Assembly: GCA_048939625.1 (NCBI GenBank)
Contig: JBHLPH010000023.1
Span: forward strand, 1 to 26,843
Direction of reading: 5' to 3'
DNA from: Promethearchaeota archaeon
GTDB lineage: Archaea > Asgardarchaeota > Hermodarchaeia > Hermodarchaeales > Hermodarchaeaceae
Length of the DNA stretch: 26,843 nucleotides
A program made the translations under genes and the position numbers. Each line of letters opens with the position of its first letter. Within the stretch, counting starts at the first letter, position 1. The notes beneath the pieces were generated by a model that made no database searches, was not told where the DNA came from, and saw only the letters and a program-made list of their open reading frames with translations. Below are positions 16,876 through 26,547 of the stretch, one piece after another.

Positions 16876-19440
16876 CTAATCAGTTTGAGCGTAGGATTCC
16901 TCGATGGGGAGACGTATACAGAACCTCGCTCCTGCCTTACTAGGAGTAACGATTAACTCGATTGAGCCACCATAAGCTTCCAGAACGCGTTTACACAGAT
17001 TTAGACCCAACCCACCACCACTTGAAGAAGTACCTCTTTCGAATAATTTGGCATGAAGTTTTTTAGGAATTCCTGGACCGTTATCGACGATGTCGATTTG
17101 GATTTGGCTTTCCTTTTGGCTGATTTTCACATTGACTTTGGGCTGAGCACCTGCGTGTTGCGCTACGTTTCTGAAGAGATTGACAAAGACTATCGGAAGG
17201 AGACGCCCACCAGTCACTCGAACCCCTTTTAGTTTAGAAGATGCTTTGACTGTGATTGTTAGATGTTTATGAGTTTGCATTGCTTGTTTTACAACCCGTC
17301 GAATGAGAGCAACGATTGCTTTTTCAGCCTCTTTATCTGGGCGACCAAAGATGTCAAGGAGGCGCGTCATCCGATCGGCAGCGGCGCGAGTGGCCTCAAT
17401 GAATTCATGTAATTCAGAGTCTTCAGGAGTCATCATTTGGGCAACTTCGGTGGTACTGAAAATGACTTGCAAGTCATTTCCTAAATCATGTCGAAGTAAT
17501 GAGGCATAGAGCTCAAGATCACGATTTATATTCTTCAGCTCGATTTCTGCAAGCTTTCTATCATGGATATCGCGAACAAGAGAGTAGAGAGCCACTACTT
17601 CTCCATCACGGATGACTTGTTTGCTGCTTACCTCCCCCCATATACGAGAGCCATCCTTTCTGATAAAGGGATATTCAACAGGAGGGACCTGTTCACCCGC
17701 AAATAAGCGCCGCGTATTTTCGAGCGCTTGTGGAAGCAATTCAGGTGGGAGCAATCCAAGACTCGGATAAAATTTGCCCTTAAGTTCATCTGTTCGATAT
17801 CCCAAATGAGTTTCGATGGATGGTGAAACGTCCACGATGTTAAAGTTTTGATCAAACAGAAGAAGGACATCTGAAAAGTTTTCGAAAAATAACCGATAGC
17901 GTTCTTCACTCTCCGCTAGAGCTTGTTGAGCATGCCGCATTTCGGTTATGTCTTCAATAGTTCCTTCATAGTAAATTACTTTGCCTTGAGAGTTTCGGAC
18001 CGCACGGCTACTGAGGCGAACCCAGATAATCCGACCATCAAGTCGCAGGAATTCAGCTTCAAATCCTCTGACCACGGAATCTTGAGCCACTTTACGTTCC
18101 CATTGAACCCGAGCAGTGGGGTCGACATAAAATGAGGAGGCATTCCTTTTAATTAGGGACTCTTTGTCAGGAAAACCAAGCATATTAACTAAGGCAGGAT
18201 TAACATCAAGGATTTCGCCAACACCTGGTTTAGTTCGGAAAAGTCCGACTGGGACACTTTCAAACAAATGGCGATATTCCGCTTCGGCTTCCTTTAGTTT
18301 GCTGACATCAGTGATTGTAGCCATGAGATTGGTTGGGACACCATTTTCATCAACGATTAGCGTTGCGAGAATGTGGACATCAACGAAACGGCCATCACTT
18401 CGGTATCTAGAGTATTCACCACTATAGAAACCATGATCTTTTAATTGCTGCATGATTTGGGGTCCAATCTCCTGGGTGAAATCAGCTTTCATTGCATCCG
18501 AACCAATGATATCCGATTTGCGTTTTTTCCCAATGACATCAAGATACCCTTGGTTAGCGAAGATTATTGTGCCGTTTAAATCAGTGATAACGATTCCACT
18601 GGGTGAACTGACAACCGCCTTTTCAAGAAGGCGTAAAGTTTCCTCAGCCTTTTGTCGGGCCGTAATATCCCGCATTACGGCGAGCATACCTGGACGTCTA
18701 CTATATTCAATCGCACTGGCACTAATCTCAACAGCAATTGGTTTTCTTTTCTTAGGTTGGATAACGGTTTCAAACACAAGAGAACCTTTTTCTTCAAATT
18801 TTTTCTTGCGTGCGGGAATCTTGGTGGTGTCATCAGGTATTGCGATGTCCTGAGCCGTCATCGTAAGAAGTGCTTTACGAGAATATCCAGTTAGTTCAGA
18901 AGCAGCACGATTAACCTCAATGATGTTACCTTGAAAATCGACGATAAACATCGCTTCATTAGCGTTATCGAAAAGAGTGCGAAACTTCTTCTCGCTCTCC
19001 CGAAGATCCCTTTCAACTTGTTTCTTTTTGGTAATATCTATTCCAATACTGAAGGTTTCTTCAAGCTCTCCAGTTTGATCAGATTTCAGAGTATTGTGCC
19101 ATTCAATTGTTCGTTTGTTCCCTCTCTTTGTTAACCAATCGTTGACATAAATGGATGATTCTTTTGATTCAAACAAATCATTAAATACGACACGAACATC
19201 AACACGCTGATTCTTGGGGATGAGCGTAGTAAAAAGCGATTTACCGAGTACTTCTTCCCTTTTATAGCCAGAAAGCTTTTCGCAGCCCTTATTAAAAAAC
19301 GTGATTCGCCCCTTTCTATCAAGTCCAACAATAAGGACTTCGGGCATTTCGAATATCATTTCCAAGGTTTTAACTGGAGGTTTCTTGGATACCCGTCTTT
19401 TCGTGGAGGACTTGGATTTCGATGGCGGCAAATTATCCAC
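16876..19440 (-). CDS. Cytoplasmic multi-PAS (5x PAS/PAC) sensor histidine kinase
   Basis: Five PAS starts (..FFNKGCEKLSGY, ..EVNRAASELTGY, ..FANQGYLDVIG, ..DVNPALVNMLGF, ..DVSPSIETHLGY). H-box LLRHDLGNDL, N-box NLFRNVAQH, G1 DNGPGI, G2 GGGLGL. No TM helices. Confidence 0.92.
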   Translation of the reverse strand: MDNLPPSKSKSSTKRRVSKKPPVKTLEMIFEMPEVLIVGLDRKGRITFFNKGCEKLSGYKREEVLGKSLFTTLIPKNQRVDVRVVFNDLFESKESSIYVNDWLTKRGNKRTIEWHNTLKSDQTGELEETFSIGIDITKKKQVERDLRESEKKFRTLFDNANEAMFIVDFQGNIIEVNRAASELTGYSRKALLTMTAQDIAIPDDTTKIPARKKKFEEKGSLVFETVIQPKKRKPIAVEISASAIEYSRRPGMLAVMRDITARQKAEETLRLLEKAVVSSPSGIVITDLNGTIIFANQGYLDVIGKKRKSDIIGSDAMKADFTQEIGPQIMQQLKDHGFYSGEYSRYRSDGRFVDVHILATLIVDENGVPTNLMATITDVSKLKEAEAEYRHLFESVPVGLFRTKPGVGEILDVNPALVNMLGFPDKESLIKRNASSFYVDPTARVQWERKVAQDSVVRGFEAEFLRLDGRIIWVRLSSRAVRNSQGKVIYYEGTIEDITEMRHAQQALAESEERYRLFFENFSDVLLLFDQNFNIVDVSPSIETHLGYRTDELKGKFYPSLGLLPPELLPQALENTRRLFAGEQVPPVEYPFIRKDGSRIWGEVSSKQVIRDGEVVALYSLVRDIHDRKLAEIELKNINRDLELYASLLRHDLGNDLQVIFSTTEVAQMMTPEDSELHEFIEATRAAADRMTRLLDIFGRPDKEAEKAIVALIRRVVKQAMQTHKHLTITVKASSKLKGVRVTGGRLLPIVFVNLFRNVAQHAGAQPKVNVKISQKESQIQIDIVDNGPGIPKKLHAKLFERGTSSSGGGLGLNLCKRVLEAYGGSIELIVTPSKAGARFCIRLPIEESYAQTD

Positions 19441-19594
19441 CTATCAAAGGCAATATATGGAGAGGCGACTGATTCCCCAATCTCTTCTCATTATAAAATT
19501 CTCAAAACTTGTAATAAGTGTCTTTCGTTAAAGAGCCGGCTTTTCGTACCTAAATTGCGGAAACAGGAAGAGGGGAGGCAGGAGAGTCTTGTAA

Positions 19595-20491
19595 TTAATC
19601 GAGGAGTGATTTCAAATGAAGTTTGTGTTTTCCAAGTTTGCCTTCGAAATTAACCGCTGTGACCTTGATTAGCCCTGGGACTTGAACGGCTGCTTGCAGA
19701 GCTGCACCCATACCATCAAGGACTGTATTTTTACTAAGACCGTTTAGAACTATTTCAAGCACGCTAGTCACACCATCGGGAACAAGAGTATTTGGAACAT
19801 GTTCACGAAGAGTGGGACAAAGGCGGACATTAGTTGACGCTTTGAGAAAATCATATTTAGAGCCAACTTGGCTGCCACTCCGACAAATACCACCCGGAAA
19901 AGGTGCTACACACCCATCGACTCCATGGATGGCTTCAACAGCGTTTTCGGCTGCTTTGAGTGTTGCTTTGGAGGTTTTTCCCATTAGAATTAGATTTCCG
20001 CCACCTACGCCTTTTTTGATTCCGAATTTTTCTTCGATGACAAATTCACCTGCAATGACAGGAATCCGCCATGCCAATAATTTATCTCCGACTCGTTTTC
20101 GATCTTCAAAACCATCACCAAAGTAACGCAGTTGGTTCCCAACATCAACCCATTCTTCGGCATCATCCAATGCGTTATAAACGTTGGTGGTTGGGCAGGT
20201 CAGGATGCATTGTCCTGTTCGTTTCCGAAGTTGTTTTGCCAAATCCTTTGACTTTAAGGCAGCAAAAAGTAGTGTGATTCCCGGACGGTTATCAGGTGTT
20301 TCGGTTTTGGGGATAAGGCGGTCGATACCTGCTTCAACTTTGCATTCAATCACTGAGGTGGCAAAACCTGCCGCTGAGTTAGCACAGGTGGTTGCCCATT
20401 TCGCCGTTTCGGCCGTCATCAAAATACGGGCTACTTGCATATCGAAAGCTTCAGCGAAGGTATCTTCTATTTCTACTCCATTCAGTTCCAT
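19595..20491 (-). CDS. ftr: Formylmethanofuran--tetrahydromethanopterin N-formyltransferase
   Basis: MELNGVEIEDTFAEAF, GFATSVIEC..EAGID, TPDNRPG, GQCILTCPTT, GVGGGN, PFPGGICRSGS and ASTN...CPTL. Confidence 0.97.
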   Translation of the reverse strand: MELNGVEIEDTFAEAFDMQVARILMTAETAKWATTCANSAAGFATSVIECKVEAGIDRLIPKTETPDNRPGITLLFAALKSKDLAKQLRKRTGQCILTCPTTNVYNALDDAEEWVDVGNQLRYFGDGFEDRKRVGDKLLAWRIPVIAGEFVIEEKFGIKKGVGGGNLILMGKTSKATLKAAENAVEAIHGVDGCVAPFPGGICRSGSQVGSKYDFLKASTNVRLCPTLREHVPNTLVPDGVTSVLEIVLNGLSKNTVLDGMGAALQAAVQVPGLIKVTAVNFEGKLGKHKLHLKSLLD

Positions 20492-20513
20492 TGTATAAAC
20501 CCCGAACCAGAGT

Positions 20514-20702
20514 CGTTATGTTTGATAATAACGTTACCGTATACCCTAAATTTATTTTAATTTTTAACTTCAGTACTCATTGTTTCAGTCCATGACTCAT
20601 TTGTTGTTTTATCGTTGCTTATTTATGGGTAATCATAAATATCCCAAAATTGCTTAAGGTAGTTTTACACCCGCGAATATCACTTCCAAGCCTGAAACAA
20701 TG
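20514..20702. promoter_or_regulatory. Divergent ftr / fwdC promoter region with several inverted repeats
   Basis: CGTTAT-N8-ATAACG (20514-20533), TATTTATG-N6-CATAAATA (20620-20641), CATTGTTTCAG (20578-20588) paired with CTGAAACAATG (20692-20702), and a TATA-like CTTAAG at 20653. Confidence 0.5.
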
Positions 20703-20719
20703 TGAATGGAGCGATTAAA

Positions 20720-21610
20720 ATGCCTGCATCAAAACTTGTGCTAACCCCCACCTTTGATCCAAAGGAGAAAATTCCACTTGATTTGAAAACTGTTTCTCCA
20801 AATACTCTAGCCGGAAAAACGCTGGAGAAAATCAGGAAGATTAAAGTCTGGCATGGAAACCGCCAAGGAGCTCTTGCCAAATTCTTTGATATTAGCGGAA
20901 AGCCTGACAAAACCCCTGAGAAGACTTTGATTGAGGTTACCTCACACATAGCTCAGGTTCGTCACCTTGGACAAGATATGACCGCAGGAACCATCATTGT
21001 CAAAGGAAATGTAGGTATGCACCTTGGAGCTCGAATGAAAGGTGGTCTGATCGAGGTTAAAGGTAATGCAGATCATTGGCTCGGAGCGGAGATGTCTGGT
21101 GGGCTTATTCGTGTTGCTGGTAATGTTGGAGATAAAGCATGTTCATCCTATCTAGGAAGTAAATATGGGATGAATGGAGGTGGCCTCCACATCAAGGGGA
21201 ATGCAGGTCATGAACTCGGAATGGGTATGCGACGAGGGATCATAGTTGTTGATGGTGATAGCGCGTCCTATACTGGTACTCGTATGCTAGCAGGGACCAT
21301 TATTGTTCGAGGGGAATTAGGAGACCGGGCAGGCGCCGCAATGAGTTACAAGGGAACAATAATCGCCTTAGGTAAAGCCCGACCACCCATGCCGACACAT
21401 TTGTACAATGGCGAATATTCCGACATGGTGTTTTTACGACTTCTCATGGACGCCATTGAAGCCGAAATTCCCAAGGTTACATTCACCGAAAAGGAACGCG
21501 TTGGTCCTTACCTCCGCTTTACTGGCGATTTTGGATCCGGTGGACGTGGCGAATTACTCTTCTTGAAATCCGCGAACACCCATCTTGAGGTTGGAAATAA
21601 TGGCGGATAA
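20720..21610 (+). CDS. fwdC: Formylmethanofuran dehydrogenase subunit C (GXGXG beta-helix)
   Basis: N-terminal 'PLDLKTVSP...VWHGNRQGALAKFFDI' and repeated 'G..M.GG.I.V.GN.G' turns. Adjacent to ftr and mch. Start is ATG 20720. Confidence 0.93.
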   Translation: MPASKLVLTPTFDPKEKIPLDLKTVSPNTLAGKTLEKIRKIKVWHGNRQGALAKFFDISGKPDKTPEKTLIEVTSHIAQVRHLGQDMTAGTIIVKGNVGMHLGARMKGGLIEVKGNADHWLGAEMSGGLIRVAGNVGDKACSSYLGSKYGMNGGGLHIKGNAGHELGMGMRRGIIVVDGDSASYTGTRMLAGTIIVRGELGDRAGAAMSYKGTIIALGKARPPMPTHLYNGEYSDMVFLRLLMDAIEAEIPKVTFTEKERVGPYLRFTGDFGSGGRGELLFLKSANTHLEVGNNGG

Positions 21611-22577
21611 AAAACAACCGAGTGTTAACAAACTAGCCATGCCCTCAGTCAAGCGGCTTCTCACCGAGAGTGAAACGCTTCATGTTAGGGTGCACAAAAC
21701 CAAGGGAAAAGCAACAATCATCGATTGCGGCATCGACGTGCCTGGTACTTTGGAGGCAGGAAGACTACTTGCGGAGGTTTGCATGGGTGGTCTTGGACAA
21801 GTTGAATTGGAAATCGTGCGTGTAGGTGGATCGACCTTTCCTGCAACCCGAGTAACCTGTGATAACGCGACCTTAGCGTGTATTGGATCTCAAGCTGCAG
21901 GATGGAATGTCCAAGTAGAAGGATTTTTTGCACTCGGGTCAGGCCCCGCTCGTGCCAAGGCACAGGTTGAAGGCAAACTGTATGACAAGCTGGATTACAA
22001 AGATAATCATAAAGAAGCGGTTCTAGTTTTAGAAACTCGAACAATTCCGAATCCTGCTGTCTGTGAACATGTTGCTGACACGTGTAAAATCGATGAAAAA
22101 GACCTCTACGTGCTTGTAGCCCCCACTGCTAGTATAGCTGGTTCGGTACAAATTGCGGCGCGTATTGTGGAAACTGGAATACATAAACTCAAAATCCTTG
22201 GATACGACTTTCGCAAGATTCTCAGTGGAATCGGTGTATGTCCTATCGTACCGGTCGCTCGAAAGGATATGCGAGCTATGGGCATCACAAATGATGCGAT
22301 TCTGATGATGGGAGAAACGTTCCTTTTCATCCAATCCGCTGAGGGAGATGGATTGGCAGATCTCATTGCGAAGGTACCTTCATCAACTTCATCAGATTAC
22401 GGGAAACCCTTCTACAAAATCTTCAAGGAAGCTGAAGGGGACTTTTATAAGATTGATAAGATGCTTTTTGCACCTGCCCATATTACAGTCAATGATTTGC
22501 GGACAGGACAATACCATACTGCCGGAAAATTGGATCCGCAACTATTCTTGGAAGCCTTGGCATCAACTTTGAAGTGA
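21600..22577 (+). CDS. mch: Methenyltetrahydromethanopterin cyclohydrolase
   Basis: SVN..A, IIDCGI, EVCMGGLG, CIGSQAAGW, ALGSGPARA, APTASIAGSVQIAARIVETG.HK, AMGITNDA, PSSTSSDYGKPF and DFYKID..LFAPA. Confidence 0.97.
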   Translation: MADKKQPSVNKLAMPSVKRLLTESETLHVRVHKTKGKATIIDCGIDVPGTLEAGRLLAEVCMGGLGQVELEIVRVGGSTFPATRVTCDNATLACIGSQAAGWNVQVEGFFALGSGPARAKAQVEGKLYDKLDYKDNHKEAVLVLETRTIPNPAVCEHVADTCKIDEKDLYVLVAPTASIAGSVQIAARIVETGIHKLKILGYDFRKILSGIGVCPIVPVARKDMRAMGITNDAILMMGETFLFIQSAEGDGLADLIAKVPSSTSSDYGKPFYKIFKEAEGDFYKIDKMLFAPAHITVNDLRTGQYHTAGKLDPQLFLEALASTLK

Positions 22578-22794
22578 TTTTATTAACAATGAACGACTTC
22601 TACATCAAAAATCAAACACTTTGAACGTCTTAAAACACATCGTCTCCTAGCAATTACAAGCTAGTGTATTTCGTATATATCCTAGAATTGATGTTAAATT
22701 GCGTGTATAAGGAAAAGAAAAAACAATAATTCACCAAAAATAACTCATAATAATTAGCAATAACATAAACTAAGCAAGGATTGTAGGATTAAAG

Positions 22795-25248
22795 TTGGCA
22801 GTCACAAAAACAATTACAACTGATGAAGCGAAAACTACAGATACCAAGGAACTTATGAAAACGTTGTCAACTAGTCCAACCGGTCTGTCTTCCGAGGATG
22901 CGTCCAAGCGTTTAGAGGTTTTTGGTCCAAACGAAATATTAGAGAAGAAAAAAAATCCATTTCTAAAATTCCTAAGCTACTTCTGGGGACCTATACCCTG
23001 GATGATTGAAGCAGCTGCAATCTTATCGGCTGTCATACAACATTGGGAAGATTTCATAGTTATCCTTGCCATGTTAATTATTAACGCAGTTGTGGGGTTC
23101 TGGCAAGAAAAGAAAGCGGATGATACCATTGAGCTATTAAAACAGAAATTGGCTTCTCAGGCTAAAGTACTAAGGGATGGAAAATGGATTGACGTTCTGG
23201 CTCAAGAGCTGGTACCAGGTGATATCGTTCGGATTCGACTTGGTGATATGATCCCGGCTGACTTGAAGCTCACAGAAGGCGACTATTTACAGACTGATGA
23301 ATCTGTTTTAACTGGTGAGTCACTTCCTGTTGAAAAAAAGGTAGAAGATGTTGCCTATTCAGGATCTATTGTTCGACAGGGCGAAATGAATGGACTCGTC
23401 ATCACAACTGGGATGCAGACTTACTTTGGCAAAACTGCACAACTCGTAGAGAAAGCGAAAACGCGTAGTCATTTCCAAGAGAGTGTAATAAAAATCGGGA
23501 ATTACCTAATCGTTATCGCGGTCGCTTTAGTAGCTTTAATCTTTGTTGCATCCTTTCTTCGCAATGAGTCGATTCTGGATACACTGCAATTTTCTTTAGT
23601 GCTTTTAGTAGCCGCAATTCCTGTGGCATTACCAGCAGTTCTTTCAGTGACTTTGGCGGTTGGTGCAATCAGTTTGACTAAACGAGGCATCATCGTTTCA
23701 AAACTTCGGACCATTCAAGAATTGGCTGGTGTCGATATCCTATGCTCAGATAAAACAGGTACAATAACGAAAAACGAGATCGCGGTCGCGGATGTTACCC
23801 CCCAAAAGAACTTTACAAAGCAAGATGTTATCAGACTGGCAGCAATTGCCTCCCGGGAAGAAGATGAAGACCCGATTGATACAGCGATAATTACTAAAAA
23901 TAGAGAAGAGGCAAATGATACCCGAAATCCATTATTTGAGATTATAACCTTTAAACCGTTTGACCCAGTTACTAAACGTACCGAGGTCACTATAAAGGAA
24001 TCTAACAAAAATCAGTTCAAGATTTCTAAGGGTGCACCTCAGGTTATTCTCGCGCTAGTAGAGGAAAAAAAAGCGATATCGAAGAATATCGAAGATCAAG
24101 TAAATGCTTTTGCTCATAATGGGTTTCGAGCTTTAGGGGTAGCTAGAACTGATTCATTGGGCATTTGGCGCTTTGTAGGATTAATTGCCTTTTACGATCC
24201 TCCTCGTGATGATTCAGCAGATATGATACAAACAGCTCAAACCATGGGTTTAGATGTTAAGATGGTGACTGGCGATCATTTAGCCATTGCTAAGCAGATT
24301 GCTCAACAAATCAAGTTAGGCACGAATATTTTACAGGCATCAGAGTTTTTAGAAATATCTGGTCCTGAAGTTCAAGATCTTGTGGAAAAAGCAGATGGAT
24401 TCGCGCAGGTTTTTCCTGAGCACAAATATCATATTGTAGAACTTCTCCAAGAAAAAAACCACATAATAGGTATGACTGGTGATGGAATCAATGATGCTCC
24501 TGCTCTTAAAAAAGCGGATACCGGTATTGCTGTGGCAGGAGCTACAGATGCAGCCAAATCTGCTGCAGACCTTGTTCTTACTGATTCAGGACTTTGCCCA
24601 ATAATTGATGCAATAAAGCAGAGTAGGCAAATCTTTGAACGCATGAACAGCTATTCAACATATCGTATTGCTGAAACTGTGCGTGTATTATTCTTTCTTG
24701 CCTTTTCTATTCTCCTCTTCAATTTCTATCCAATTAACGCAATTATGATTGTCATTTTAGCCTTGCTCAATGATTTGCCCATCATGATGATTGCCTTCGA
24801 TAACACGGTCCTCCCCGGTAAACCTGTTCGCTGGGACACCTCAAGGATCTTAATCCTTGCAACCTGTCTTGGTTTCTTGGGAGTTGTGGCCAGCTTTGGG
24901 ATATTATATCTTGGATTGGTTGTATTCCACCTCGATCCCTTGACAATTCAAACACTAATCTTTCTCAAACTTGCAGTAGCGGGTCATTTGACCATATATT
25001 TAACTCGTACTCGAGCACATTCTTTTTGGCACCGTCCATTACCTGCCATTCGACTTTTCGTAGCAACCGAACTCACACAGTTATTAGCAACCATCATGGC
25101 TGTTTATGGTATTCTTATGCCTGCTATTGGGTGGGGGCTTGCTGGTCTCATCTGGGGATATGCATTTCTATTCTTTGTGCTCGGGAACTTTTTCAAAATC
25201 GGAGTCATCAAACTGATGGACCGATTTAACATCGGAGTCATGCAATGA
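22795..25248 (+). CDS. Plasma-membrane proton-efflux P-type ATPase (P3A subfamily)
   Basis: [68 protein letters not shown] and the M6 proton-acceptor Asp in 'LLNDLPIM'. TTG start. Confidence 0.92.
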   Translation: MAVTKTITTDEAKTTDTKELMKTLSTSPTGLSSEDASKRLEVFGPNEILEKKKNPFLKFLSYFWGPIPWMIEAAAILSAVIQHWEDFIVILAMLIINAVVGFWQEKKADDTIELLKQKLASQAKVLRDGKWIDVLAQELVPGDIVRIRLGDMIPADLKLTEGDYLQTDESVLTGESLPVEKKVEDVAYSGSIVRQGEMNGLVITTGMQTYFGKTAQLVEKAKTRSHFQESVIKIGNYLIVIAVALVALIFVASFLRNESILDTLQFSLVLLVAAIPVALPAVLSVTLAVGAISLTKRGIIVSKLRTIQELAGVDILCSDKTGTITKNEIAVADVTPQKNFTKQDVIRLAAIASREEDEDPIDTAIITKNREEANDTRNPLFEIITFKPFDPVTKRTEVTIKESNKNQFKISKGAPQVILALVEEKKAISKNIEDQVNAFAHNGFRALGVARTDSLGIWRFVGLIAFYDPPRDDSADMIQTAQTMGLDVKMVTGDHLAIAKQIAQQIKLGTNILQASEFLEISGPEVQDLVEKADGFAQVFPEHKYHIVELLQEKNHIIGMTGDGINDAPALKKADTGIAVAGATDAAKSAADLVLTDSGLCPIIDAIKQSRQIFERMNSYSTYRIAETVRVLFFLAFSILLFNFYPINAIMIVILALLNDLPIMMIAFDNTVLPGKPVRWDTSRILILATCLGFLGVVASFGILYLGLVVFHLDPLTIQTLIFLKLAVAGHLTIYLTRTRAHSFWHRPLPAIRLFVATELTQLLATIMAVYGILMPAIGWGLAGLIWGYAFLFFVLGNFFKIGVIKLMDRFNIGVMQ

Positions 25249-26547
25249 GCTTGTGGGGTATTTGCGAAGCATCACTACTAATACACAAATCCCAATGAGG
25301 CACCAAACAACAGCCATAATCATGGCGTTGAGACTTAGGTAGAACATTAACAGTATGCAACTTATTATGCCCAAGATTGGTGTGAGAGGATAAAGTGGAA
25401 CTTTGAAAGGGCGATGCATTTCTGGTACATCGCGTCTTAATTTTATTAATGAGGCATGGACGAAAAGATAGGTAAATAGACTTCCAAAATTCACGATTGA
25501 TGCAATGAGATCAATGCTATTGAAAAATAATCCTGCAAGAATTGCTACAAGAATGCCCCCAAACAATACTGACAAATAAGGAGTACAGAAGCGGCTGCTT
25601 ATTCTATCAAATTGTTGGGGAAGAAGTCTATCCCGCCCCATGGCGAAACTCGCACGCGTTCCTCCCATAATGGAACTCAAAACAACAGATGCGGTAGCAA
25701 TCAATGCAGCAAACGCGATGAAACTCGTAAAAAGGGGATTAACTGAAATCGCTCGGGCTAAATCTTCAAGTGGGGATGCGCTTGTGCCCAAATCTTGCCA
25801 ATTCAATATGCCAATCTCTAAGACTGCAATTGCCATGTAAAGAACAAAGGTTATAATAAATGCGAGAATCAATGCGCGAGGAATCGTCTTTTCAGGGTTT
25901 TTGGTTTCTTCAGACATCATTGCAATGGTGTTAAAACCAAGAAAGGCAAAGAAGATCACTGCAGATCCACTTAAAGTGCCCCCTAAACCTGTTGGAAAGA
26001 ATGGAGTAAAATGTGCTATATTAAAAAAATGAAGTAAGTATAACCCCCCTGCCCCAATTAATAGAACTAAAGCAATAAGCTTGATGAGGACCATAATTGA
26101 GGTGGCATTAGCACTTTCCTTGACACCAATTATATTTAGAATTGTAAAAATGATCGGTAGCCCTACGGCGGCTAGTATCAAAGGTAATGGGCCAACTAAT
26201 CCGAAAAGTGCTGTGAAATAGGCAGCAAACCCGATGGATACTGCTGCAGCACCAGCTATATAATCAAAATATTTGAACCAACCAACAAAGAAGCTTGGAA
26301 TACGCCCAAAGGCCCTTTTTGTAAACACATATGATGCACCTGTCTCAGTTATTATAGAGGCGAGTTCTGCTGATGATAATGCGGTCAAGAGGGCAATAAT
26401 TCCAGCTAAAAAAAATGAAAGGACAACTGATGGTCCAGCAAGTCCTGCTGCAACTCCGCTAATAACAAAAATTCCTGCGCCGATGATGTTTGCGATCCCA
26501 ACTGAACTAGCTCCAAAAAGGCCAACATTTCGCTTTAATTCAGGCAT
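25168..26547 (-). CDS. APC-family amino acid permease
   Basis: LKR..GLF...GIANIIGAGIFV, AGP, SAEL, FFAFLGF....MSEETKNP, R..FAMGRD and RPFKVP motifs; about 12 TM helices. Confidence 0.93.
   Translation of the reverse strand: MPELKRNVGLFGASSVGIANIIGAGIFVISGVAAGLAGPSVVLSFFLAGIIALLTALSSAELASIITETGASYVFTKRAFGRIPSFFVGWFKYFDYIAGAAAVSIGFAAYFTALFGLVGPLPLILAAVGLPIIFTILNIIGVKESANATSIMVLIKLIALVLLIGAGGLYLLHFFNIAHFTPFFPTGLGGTLSGSAVIFFAFLGFNTIAMMSEETKNPEKTIPRALILAFIITFVLYMAIAVLEIGILNWQDLGTSASPLEDLARAISVNPLFTSFIAFAALIATASVVLSSIMGGTRASFAMGRDRLLPQQFDRISSRFCTPYLSVLFGGILVAILAGLFFNSIDLIASIVNFGSLFTYLFVHASLIKLRRDVPEMHRPFKVPLYPLTPILGIISCILLMFYLSLNAMIMAVVWCLIGICVLVVMLRKYPTSSLHDSDVKSVHQFDDSDFEKVPEHKE

Noticed and set aside
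6095-22577. Selenocysteine or pyrrolysine readthrough in the C1 genes
   Set aside because: fwdA, ftr, fwdC and mch are all full length with no internal stop, and no convincing SECIS was seen.
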